From positions 1 to 31,807 of IMG/VR virus record IMGVR_UViG_3300048851_000227: 31,807 nucleotides of DNA; one strand, given 5' to 3'. This DNA is from a virus (lineage: Duplodnaviria; Caudoviricetes). The translations under genes and the position numbers were made by a program. Below the pieces are notes generated by a model. It did no database searches. It saw only the letters and a list, made by a program, of their open reading frames with translations, and was not told the origin of the DNA. Below are positions 1-7,899 of this stretch, piece after piece (within the stretch, counting starts at the first letter, position 1; each line of letters begins with the position of its first letter).

Positions 1-1020
1 CTAATAATGTCTTGATTGAGTGACTACTTCGATCGTGTATAATTCTCTAACCCGCTGCATTTCAAATTCTACGTCCGGATATTGTACTTTGTCTGGATTG
101 AGTGCCTGACAGAGAAAAGTTTGATTCTCTATGTTGACGGCCGTAATCTTTCTGAAGATTATTTGCGAGTCGACGTGAATGATAAAAAATTTATAACGCG
201 CCGCCAAAGATTTGCTGATCCAATTTGTTCTGTCAATAAACCTACCGGTAACAATACTTCCGCCGAAAATTGAATCCTTCGAACCGTCGACTAAGCTGTC
301 ATCAATCACCTGAAATGACATATATCTCGAGAAATTTAGTGAGGGCACGCCGATGGCATGCTTTGGCAACAGATCCAAACTAACCTTCTCCCAATTCATG
401 ATGTATTCGGGATATTCAATCTCATCAACGTACGGAGTGATGACTAGATACCTATCCTCACCTAGCCGGCGCAACTCAGTCTCCTTTACCATCTCCAGCA
501 GCTCCACACGATCCTCCGCCCACCAATCACCAAATTTTTTTATGTTCTCCATTTGAGATTTTGTGAAAAACATTTTTCCTAAGCCCGTTTCTACCCAGTC
601 CGAATTTAGATCACGGAAGTTTTGAATAATTGGAGTAAAAGCTTCCCGACTTAAAGGCTCGCCTGAGATTTTGACGTTCTCCAATACATCCGGACTTATA
701 CCTGTGAGTTCACTTACCTCTCTGACAGAAAGGTTTTTAGCTTCAAAATATTGAAATAGGCGATCGCCGAAGGATGGCAGCTTGTAGGTGTTAGTTAGGG
801 CCTCTCGATTTGATTGATCACCTTTTCCAGTTTTAAGCCAATCAAAACTTACATTGAAGTTTATTGCCAGTTTTGTAAGAGTTTGATCATTAGGAATGCT
901 CTGTCCTTTTAGTATACGACCAATAGTGGATTCCGATAAACCGGTATACTTCGATAAATAATAAGAAGTTAAATGCTTCTCCTTCATGAGGTCAGCTAAT
1001 CGAGTAGCAATCGTGGCCAT
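1..1020 (-). CDS. CI-like repressor with two tandem XRE HTH domains and a C-terminal S24-like domain
   Basis: HTH1 RLADLMKE..LSKYTGLSESTIGRI..WLKTGKG; HTH2 GDRLFQY..VSELTGISPD..WVETGLGKM; C-terminal FQVIDDSL..CQALNP. Start moved to ATG 1020 because the longer ORF (1113) runs through the operator and promoter. Confidence 0.85.
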   Translation of the reverse strand: MATIATRLADLMKEKHLTSYYLSKYTGLSESTIGRILKGQSIPNDQTLTKLAINFNVSFDWLKTGKGDQSNREALTNTYKLPSFGDRLFQYFEAKNLSVREVSELTGISPDVLENVKISGEPLSREAFTPIIQNFRDLNSDWVETGLGKMFFTKSQMENIKKFGDWWAEDRVELLEMVKETELRRLGEDRYLVITPYVDEIEYPEYIMNWEKVSLDLLPKHAIGVPSLNFSRYMSFQVIDDSLVDGSKDSIFGGSIVTGRFIDRTNWISKSLAARYKFFIIHVDSQIIFRKITAVNIENQTFLCQALNPDKVQYPDVEFEMQRVRELYTIEVVTQSRHY

Positions 1021-1046
1021 TAAGTAGAATGTTTCTAAATTTCTAT

Positions 1047-1096
1047 TACTTCCATAATACTTCCAATCAAAGTTTGATAGAAGTATTATGGAAGTA
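1047..1096. promoter_or_regulatory. Large palindromic operator (17-bp perfect arms)
   Basis: TACTTCCATAATACTTC (1047-1063) / GAAGTATTATGGAAGTA (1080-1096), inner ATCAAA-G-TTTGAT; lies between divergent regulator genes. Confidence 0.8.
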
Positions 1097-1104
1097 TATA
1101 TTTG
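1073..1104 (+). promoter_or_regulatory. Bacteroidota sigma-A promoter for the early operon
   Basis: TTTG (1073-1076), 20 nt, TATATTTG (1097-1104): matches the -33/-7 consensus. Confidence 0.8.
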
Positions 1105-1113
1105 TATGTTCAA

Positions 1114-1141
1114 TTGTTTATACGGTCAAATGTATAAACAA
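1114..1141. promoter_or_regulatory. Second inverted repeat (operator or 5' UTR hairpin)
   Basis: TTGTTTATAC-N8-GTATAAACAA, perfect 10-bp arms. Confidence 0.6.
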
Positions 1142-1182
1142 AAGTTTAAACAAACAGTACAATCATATTAAACGGTAGTAAA

Positions 1183-1404
1183 ATGGAGGAATTAAGAACA
1201 GCACATGCAATCGAGAAGGAAGCGAAGGAATTAGAGATTTACAATGAGTTCTTGCGATTGATGAGACACCCTGGGGCAATGAAAAGTAGGGTTGCCCAAC
1301 TTGTTAGTCAGAAGTATAATCTACATTCAAACGCTACTCTTTACAACATTCGGAGGAGAGTGGAGAAACGTGTAAATGGTGCCAGTGCGCCATTCAGCCT
1401 ATGA
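1183..1404 (+). CDS. Small HTH protein in Cro position
   Basis: 73 aa, divergent from repressor, HTH-like VAQLVSQKYNLHSNATLYNIRRR. Confidence 0.65.
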   Translation: MEELRTAHAIEKEAKELEIYNEFLRLMRHPGAMKSRVAQLVSQKYNLHSNATLYNIRRRVEKRVNGASAPFSL

Positions 1405-2126
1405 AAGCGCTATCTATTAACCATTTCAATGGTCTCCCAGTAAGAGTATTTGAAGATGAAAACACCGAACCTTGGTTTGTTGGGAAAGACATTTCAGAGA
1501 TCCTCGGCTACTCGTCAACTAGCAAAATGATAGTTCATGTGGATGAAGAAGATTTCATACATGCCAATTTGGAAGGTATGAATATGAAGTCAATTATCAT
1601 CAACGAGCCTGGCCTCTATTCGGCAATTCTTGGGAGTGAAAAGCCTACGGCGAAGCCTTTTAAGCGCTGGATAACGAAAGAGGTGTTGCCGTCTATTAGG
1701 AAGCACGGCGCGTATCTTACGCCTGAACGCACTGACGAGCTCATTAATAATCCCGATCTGATTATAGAACTGGCGACCTCGTTGAAGGCGGAGCGTGAGA
1801 AAACGAAGCAGTTAGAACATGCAAATAAGATGTTGCAGACTAAGGCCGAACTAGTGGATCGAATCGTTGACAGCGATGAGATGATCGACGTCGGACAAGC
1901 TGCAAAGATACTATCATTGCCATTTGGCCGAAACACTTTGTTTACCAAGTTGAGGAATTTGGGCATCTTATTCAAAGATCGAAACGAACCGAAGCAGGAG
2001 TATGTCGAGAGGGGTTATTTCGTCCTTAAAGAAAAGTTTATCGACCGCGACAATCATGAAGGATTCACAGTTCCCAAAGTACTGGTTACACAGAAAGGCT
2101 TAGCTTATCTTCATAAAATACTATAA
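1401..2126 (+). CDS. Phage antirepressor, BRO-N + KilAC domains
   Basis: EPWFVGKDISEILGY, INEPGLYSAI, AKPFKRWITKEVLPSIRKHGAY; C-terminal GRNTLFTKLR..PKQEYVERGYF..LVTQKG. Confidence 0.93.
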   Translation: MKALSINHFNGLPVRVFEDENTEPWFVGKDISEILGYSSTSKMIVHVDEEDFIHANLEGMNMKSIIINEPGLYSAILGSEKPTAKPFKRWITKEVLPSIRKHGAYLTPERTDELINNPDLIIELATSLKAEREKTKQLEHANKMLQTKAELVDRIVDSDEMIDVGQAAKILSLPFGRNTLFTKLRNLGILFKDRNEPKQEYVERGYFVLKEKFIDRDNHEGFTVPKVLVTQKGLAYLHKIL

Positions 2127-2193
2127 TCGGCCTTAGGCCCAAATTCTTATCCAAGATTAACAAGATTTCTCACAAAATCTAAACAGGAGAACT

Positions 2194-2505
2194 ATGTCTC
2201 AAATGATTGAAAATCCATTTCAATTTCTCTTTGATAAAATGGAAAAAATTGAGTCAAAGGTTGACGTTGTTGTAAGCGCAAGGCTAAATGCCGATGGATT
2301 AAACAAGGACGAATTCCTATCTGTGGAACAAACCGCCGAGTATCTAGGTGTGAAGACTTCTACGATTTACAGCTATACCCGTTCCAGAAAGCTTAGGCAT
2401 TATAAGAGGGGATCTATGATTTATTTCAGACGGTCAGATATCAACGCCTACATCGAACAGGGTCTTGTTGAGGGGAAGTCTGCATTTCAAAAATACATTC
2501 AGTAA
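2194..2505 (+). CDS. Excisionase-like HTH DNA-binding protein
   Basis: FLSVEQTAEYLGVKTSTIYSYT..KRGSMIYFRRSDINAYI. Confidence 0.85.
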   Translation: MSQMIENPFQFLFDKMEKIESKVDVVVSARLNADGLNKDEFLSVEQTAEYLGVKTSTIYSYTRSRKLRHYKRGSMIYFRRSDINAYIEQGLVEGKSAFQKYIQ

Positions 2506-2533
2506 GATTAATCAACCATAACCACTTATTCAC

Positions 2534-3082
2534 ATGAAAACTACGCAAATTAGTTTAGGAGATCGCTATGCCCAATTTTTAATGGAAGATGCAGAATTAA
2601 GCGTGTCTGCATGGTTTCAGTTCATGAGTCAACACAGCTCCTATTGCGGTGTATTCAGCCAAACAGATTTTTTTGCTGATCTGTGCTTTTTCGAAAAGGG
2701 GCTATATATCTGCACGCAGAATGGCTTAAACACAATACTGTTGCAAGTAGGTGAGTCCGTGTTCAGGAATGATAATCCCGTCTGTTTAACATTACCAATC
2801 GAATTTGCCGAATACATGGATGACATGGATGAGTTCTTGACTGTATACCGGCGGATCGTAAACATATATAGCGAGGCGTTAGCATGGGAGCAGACCAACT
2901 CCTGTAACGGAAGCATTGAGGAAGCCAATCGAATGAGAGATTTCTTCTTGGACGTAGTCACGGAATTCTTTCACTGCGCTAACCAACTAACAGTGACCGA
3001 TACGGGGAAAAATGATCGATTAGACAGGTTGAGGGACTCTGGATCTGCTGGCGCTATTTGGAACACTCAATCCTTAAATTGA
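2534..3082 (+). CDS. Hypothetical protein
   Basis: 182-aa ORF in the early operon; no motif recognised. Confidence 0.65.
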   Translation: MKTTQISLGDRYAQFLMEDAELSVSAWFQFMSQHSSYCGVFSQTDFFADLCFFEKGLYICTQNGLNTILLQVGESVFRNDNPVCLTLPIEFAEYMDDMDEFLTVYRRIVNIYSEALAWEQTNSCNGSIEEANRMRDFFLDVVTEFFHCANQLTVTDTGKNDRLDRLRDSGSAGAIWNTQSLN

Positions 3083-3193
3083 GGTCAAACGGGTCCAATC
3101 GTAATTTCTACCGATAAGTACCTTAACTCTAAGGTAAAATAGTTGCGGCCGCCTCTTCTAAAAATAGTAGTCTTATTTAAAAACACTCACAAC

Positions 3194-4531
3194 ATGTTAC
3201 TAAATAACTTAAGAACATACTTCTATGTAAGACCTGCTAGCGTTGCGGGTAAGAAGGGCATATTGTACTGTCGCGTAATGGCGGAAGGTAAAGTAATAAG
3301 CCTTAATTCAATTCCTAATGTCCGCCTATTCAAAGAAGAGTTTGATCACTCTAAACAAAAACCTCTGCCAAATTGTGAAAACGGGCTTCTTTGCATAGCA
3401 TTCATCAACGAAGTCAATAAGGCATTGAATATGCTCCATATTGATTACGAACAAAAAGGGAAGGTAATCACAGACAAGGAAGTTAGAACGGTTCTTAGAG
3501 GCGCTGAATTAAAGGCAAAAGGGGAGTTGCCGAAACACCCTACCTTCTTAGATGTTTATAAGATGTGGCTAAAAGATAAGAAGCAATCAATAGGTACAGA
3601 AATAGCAGTAGGAACATATAACCAGTATAAAGGGTATCTTTATAAGACAACGCTGATTCTCGAGGCTATTGATATGGTTGACACGCCGATCAAGAACTTT
3701 ACTCCGTTGGATTTCGAAAAGATCCAGAGATCGGCACTGCAACAATGGGCTAAGGGGACTGTAATACGTTTTATGCCTACAGTCCGTGGAATTTTCGACT
3801 ATGCAGTTAAGATAGATCTCATTGTTGAGAACCCAGGTACAGATATCAAAAAACTAAAAATGCCAGCCAGTGAAAAGAAAACACCTGTCTGGTTAGAACC
3901 CGAACATCTCGCAGCGTTTTCTACAATTTCGCTCGAAGGCCGTGAGGATAGAGTAAGAGATGCCTTTGTGTTTTGCTGTTGGACAGGCCTAGCAACGGGA
4001 GAATACCAGCTTTTGGACAGCAGAACCAGTGCAAATAAGATTGAAAAGAAGAAAGCGGTCAAGTATATCGAGCCAGGTACTTTGGAGGAGCATGACGGGA
4101 TTTTCATTTTGCACGGCCACCGTCAAAAAACCGGAACACCTTTTAGAATCCCTTTGTTACCGGAGCCGATGAGGATCATCAATAAGTACGGCGGATTTGA
4201 CAATCTTCCCTTTGATGTCGTTCAAAATCAAGGGCGCATTATCAATGAGATTGCGCAAAAGATTGGGTTTAAAAAGAAAATCGTCTGGCACACAGCTCGA
4301 AAGACGATGGCAAATTATCTCCTAAATGTTAGAATGATCAATCCGGTCTACGTCACCGAAATAATGGGATGGGTGTCTATTGCAGAGGCGAACGCGTATG
4401 TACGCGTGCAAGAATCTTCAATTATTCGCGCACTGTTTGGAGAGGTTGTAAAACCACAGGATCCGTATTTTGAAGCGCAAGGGAGACCCGTTAAACATCT
4501 ACAAATGTCTGTTGTAAGAGGTGTTGGGTAG
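3194..4531 (+). CDS. int: Tyrosine recombinase/integrase, IntDOT-like
   Basis: Arm-binding-like N-terminus, core-binding domain, RDAFVFCCWTGLA, RQKT, HTARKT, MGW..AY; ATG 3194 preferred to TTG 3143. Confidence 0.92.
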   Translation: MLLNNLRTYFYVRPASVAGKKGILYCRVMAEGKVISLNSIPNVRLFKEEFDHSKQKPLPNCENGLLCIAFINEVNKALNMLHIDYEQKGKVITDKEVRTVLRGAELKAKGELPKHPTFLDVYKMWLKDKKQSIGTEIAVGTYNQYKGYLYKTTLILEAIDMVDTPIKNFTPLDFEKIQRSALQQWAKGTVIRFMPTVRGIFDYAVKIDLIVENPGTDIKKLKMPASEKKTPVWLEPEHLAAFSTISLEGREDRVRDAFVFCCWTGLATGEYQLLDSRTSANKIEKKKAVKYIEPGTLEEHDGIFILHGHRQKTGTPFRIPLLPEPMRIINKYGGFDNLPFDVVQNQGRIINEIAQKIGFKKKIVWHTARKTMANYLLNVRMINPVYVTEIMGWVSIAEANAYVRVQESSIIRALFGEVVKPQDPYFEAQGRPVKHLQMSVVRGVG

Positions 4532-4623
4532 GAAAGTGCTTGTCAAAAGGAAGTGCGACGTATTCATAAATTGGGAAAGTATAATTATCGCATTTAAAAA
4601 ACACTAGTAAATTATATCCATTT

Positions 4624-4643
4624 GTCCGGATCCCGATCCGGAC
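4624..4643. terminator. GC hairpin between convergent genes
   Basis: GTCCGGATC-CC-GATCCGGAC; no clear U tract. Confidence 0.4.
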
Positions 4644-4654
4644 GGAGTGATACT

Positions 4655-5110
4655 TTAGGGTAAATATTCCACTGATTCATGGGGCAATTGGTTAGTTATT
4701 CTTACCAATTCTCTAAATGAATAAACGTAGGCGTCGCCAAGGCTTCCTTTGTTTTCAATATCCCTGGCAGCGTTGTCCGCCAGCTCCATAATCACTTTAC
4801 CTCTCACTCTTATTTTGTTGCCTAATATTAGGAATGTAAATCTGGTACTCCACGCGAATTTAAGATTCTTGTCTTTCGTTTGTATTAACCCAGTTTCCCG
4901 GTCTACTTCGTCTATCTCATAGCCTTGATCCATTAGGTAAGCCGTTATCCCTGATACTATCTCTTTTGATGAGTGAGAATCACTAACGGTAAGTATTACT
5001 TGCTTTGTACCTCTTGGAATAGAAAGGACTTGCTTTTTTAGCTCTTTATCAGACTGAGCAAAACAAAATGAGGAAAGCGTTACTAATAAGACAAATACTG
5101 CTATTTTCAT
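4655..5110 (-). CDS. Secreted/periplasmic hypothetical protein (moron)
   Basis: Signal peptide MKIAVFVLLVTLSSFCFA followed by Gln, typical of Bacteroidota SPI substrates. Confidence 0.8.
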   Translation of the reverse strand: MKIAVFVLLVTLSSFCFAQSDKELKKQVLSIPRGTKQVILTVSDSHSSKEIVSGITAYLMDQGYEIDEVDRETGLIQTKDKNLKFAWSTRFTFLILGNKIRVRGKVIMELADNAARDIENKGSLGDAYVYSFRELVRITNQLPHESVEYLP

Positions 5111-5467
5111 TTATTGATTTTTTACATTTATTTTCGATAGAGGGTAGCCAGCAAGGTAAACCATCTTTCGATCTAATACCGTATGGATCAAAAAAATTGA
5201 TTATTCGGCGAGGCCAACTGAAGGTATTTTGCATTGGTAAATGCATTGGTATTGCTTTGGTAAATTTTGATAAAGCAGTCACCAACCATAATACCTACTT
5301 TATTTTTAGGTACATTCAACAGGCAAAGCGAAATCATAACAAAGTACCAATTTCTTGATGTTCCTCGGTCGTGGAGTTTCTGTGGCAGAAATTTTAATTT
5401 ACGAACAGAAATCTTTTCGCCTGTGTGTATACGTTCGTAATACGATCGCACTCCGAAGGCATTAACT

Positions 5468-5823
5468 CAGGTTTTCTTTACCTGTTGGATAGGCGGTCGG
5501 TTTACCTAACGGTTATCCCGTTAACTACCTTGATAAATAGCAATTGCTAGGCAAAACTTGGCAAATTATAATTGACTTACAACCGTAACCGTATGTGTTT
5601 CAGTCGTGGTTTGCTTTTGTAACGCGTTACACAGAAAGATGTAACGAAGCGCACGACCAGAAGTAATGGTGATGTTAGTGGTGCAGCTGCGGTGTAATAT
5701 TGCACCACTGCAGGTGGGAATTAACTCCGGCACGGTCGCAGGCACAACAACGGCTAAGTAGAACTAGCCGCAAATATCCTAATGGTAGTGAATAAACTAA
5801 CAATACGGTGCCCGTTTCCACCG
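5468..5823. other. Hairpin/palindrome-dense non-coding region (candidate origin or ncRNA)
   Basis: At least seven inverted repeats, including TGTAACGCGTTACA and AGTGGTGCA/TGCACCACT; no ORF in the track. Confidence 0.5.
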
Positions 5824-5879
5824 ATTAGCCTTATTGCCTAAACTTGCAACAGAATTAAGGAGATATACAGTATTCAGCC

Positions 5880-6623
5880 CTATTTAGAGAGAATAAAGTG
5901 GGAGGACCTCTTCATTACCTTAAACAGCCATAATTTGCCGTCAAAGACAAAAAGTTTACCCGGAAAGTCGTTTTCAGACAATTCGGCTCCCAAATTTCCT
6001 ACTTTTCCGCTAACAGGTGGCACAAATTGAATCCCCCCATCGGAATAGCCCGCCAACGAATATTTTTGTTGACGTCTTCTGTAATTGGAAACAGTGGATG
6101 CGCAACAGCCATACTTGGGAGCAAGCCACGTAGTCGCAATTCGATTATCCCATCTCCTTAGGTTAGGATTTCGAACCTTTTCCACGCTTTTGTCTCGCAG
6201 GTTGATTGTAGTGTATCCGTTAATCTTCTGAGACTGGCGAATGACAGAAATCTCAGTTATAATTTCATTTAAAATCGACCGCCAATCTGCAATGCTGCGG
6301 ATTGTCAAGGAATCTAATAATTCATCAGACAGTCGAAAGTATCTTCCATTCCTCTTTACACCAAAAGCTTTCTTGTAGCTAATGACGCGGTAATGATCAT
6401 TACCCTGATCTTCAACTAGCCCTCGTTCAATTAAGCAGGTTAAATGCTTTTTAGCAGCGCGAGGTTGTAGTTGGATCGCATCACAGAAGGATTTAAAATA
6501 AAACCCACCAGCGGATTTGCTGGCATTCCTTCGGATGATAATATAAGAAAGGAAGTAGCGCCCCCTGTCGAGTTGTAAAAACTCTTGCTCAGCTAGCCCT
6601 ACGTAAATCTTGCTATTATTCAT
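5880..6623 (-). CDS. Basic protein with two HTH-like segments, candidate replication initiator
   Basis: wHTH-like FCDAIQLQPRAAKKHLTCLIERGLV; second HTH-like IATTWLAPKYGCCASTVSNYRRR. Rep function is inference. Confidence 0.6.
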   Translation of the reverse strand: MNNSKIYVGLAEQEFLQLDRGRYFLSYIIIRRNASKSAGGFYFKSFCDAIQLQPRAAKKHLTCLIERGLVEDQGNDHYRVISYKKAFGVKRNGRYFRLSDELLDSLTIRSIADWRSILNEIITEISVIRQSQKINGYTTINLRDKSVEKVRNPNLRRWDNRIATTWLAPKYGCCASTVSNYRRRQQKYSLAGYSDGGIQFVPPVSGKVGNLGAELSENDFPGKLFVFDGKLWLFKVMKRSSHFILSK

Positions 6624-6640
6624 CTAATACGGAAGGGCAT

Positions 6641-6729
6641 AAAAAAACCCTGAAATGTGGGAGGCCATAACAGGGTGTGAGCTTTAAGCTCGGTTAAACG
6701 GTATCGCAGCCTCCCAGATACAATACCGT
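6641..6729 (-). promoter_or_regulatory. Structured 5' leader: three hairpins ending in an intrinsic terminator, with complementary loops
   Basis: Minus-strand RNA: ACGGUAUUGUA-[UCUGGGAGGC]-UGCGAUACCGU; GAGCU-UAA-AGCUC; ACCCUG-UU-AUG-[GCCUCCCA]-CAU-UU-CAGGG-U7. Confidence 0.75.
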
Positions 6730-6760
6730 CTTTGATGTAGTAAATATAAGAAATAATATC

Positions 6761-6768
6761 CAAAAGTA
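6761..6768 (-). promoter_or_regulatory. Candidate -7 promoter box for the leader
   Basis: TACTTTTG on minus strand (TAnnTTTG); no correctly spaced -33 box found. Confidence 0.45.
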
Positions 6769-6863
6769 GATACCATTAATATCAAAAGTTATCGAAATTC
6801 CTTATTATTTCATCTATTGTATTGCAGATTGCATAGATTATGACTATATTTATGTATATAAAA

Positions 6864-7231
6864 ATGGATGAAGTGGCTGAATTGTGGGGCGGGTTTCTGC
6901 CCTATGATTTTCTTTTCAATCGACTGAAATCAAGATTGACTCCTAAGCATTTTACTCCTGCGATGAAGAATAGATTTGAATGCAATAACCCCCCACGGAT
7001 TTGGTAAAGAAGGAAAGGAGTGAGCGATGGGAAGTACTTGACAGTATGCTAGACGCTTTGGATAACAATCAGAAATTTCCATCTGGGACAAAACTGCTAA
7101 TCGAAATCGAGGCACTTCCAGATGGTGAACCATGTGATCATATTGTGGCTCTTGATTATCTGGATTTCGAGAATAAACAAAGCCTTAGTGGAGTCTTCCG
7201 ACTTTTGAAGATTAAGGGAACCTGTCTATAA
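6864..7231 (+). CDS. Hypothetical protein, possibly split at a C6 run
   Basis: ATG 6864 ORF (47 aa) overlaps a -1 frame that opens at C6 (6989-6994) and continues as ORF 7001-7231. Confidence 0.45.
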
Positions 7232-7232
7232 A

Positions 7233-7517
7233 TTGAAGAGAGATAAAGCAGCTATACGAAAGATTCGTGACAGTCGGCAATGGCGTAACAGAACCAGGCC
7301 CCAGCAACTTCTTGACTTCCCGTATTGCCAATCATGCGAAAAACATGGACGCTTGGTTGAAGCCGTTGAAATAGATCACAACGTTCCACTTGATGAAGGA
7401 GGAGAGCCGTATGATCCTGACAACCTCAAAAGTCTTTGCAAGCGTTGCCACGTGATTAAAAGTGCCGCAGAGGCAAGAAACAGACACAGGAATAAAAGTA
7501 TAAATCGGAACGTATGA
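7233..7517 (+). CDS. HNH endonuclease, HK97 gp74-like packaging cofactor
   Basis: CQSC..EIDHNVPLDEGG..DNLKSLCKRCH. Confidence 0.92.
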   Translation: MKRDKAAIRKIRDSRQWRNRTRPQQLLDFPYCQSCEKHGRLVEAVEIDHNVPLDEGGEPYDPDNLKSLCKRCHVIKSAAEARNRHRNKSINRNV

Positions 7518-7825
7518 TTGATGTTATTGTAAGAGAAGTAAGTAAGCTGAACCGCCACGTAGATAGTCATGAAGGCGATCTTACCCTGGCATTTGTTAAA
7601 CTATCAAGAAGAAACGCGAAAAGAAAATGGCAGCCGTATAAATTGTTTATTAGCGATCCTTTCGCTCCTAAGCACCACGAAGTAAGGCAGAAGCTACATG
7701 AAGGCTTACAGTACCTGATAGATCACTTGAATGAAGAAACCGACAAGGTTAAGGTTATCATCCGCAAGGACAATGGTGATTACTATAAGGTCTCATGCAC
7801 CATCAGAGCACCATATTTGAGGTAA
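7514..7825 (+). CDS. Hypothetical protein
   Basis: ATGA overlap with the HNH gene. Confidence 0.7.
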   Translation: MIDVIVREVSKLNRHVDSHEGDLTLAFVKLSRRNAKRKWQPYKLFISDPFAPKHHEVRQKLHEGLQYLIDHLNEETDKVKVIIRKDNGDYYKVSCTIRAPYLR

Positions 7826-7899
7826 GGTACGGGCAGGAAAAAAATTTGTAAATAAAACGTATATATAACACCGTTAATTTTGTTACTTCTGGGCGCAGG

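Noticed and set aside
1021-1113. N-terminal extension of the repressor ORF
   Set aside because: Runs through the operator and promoter; the HTH domain begins right after ATG 1020
5468-5823. CRISPR mini-array, tRNA or retron msr-msd
   Set aside because: No regularly spaced direct repeats, no cloverleaf with a T-loop consensus, no RT gene
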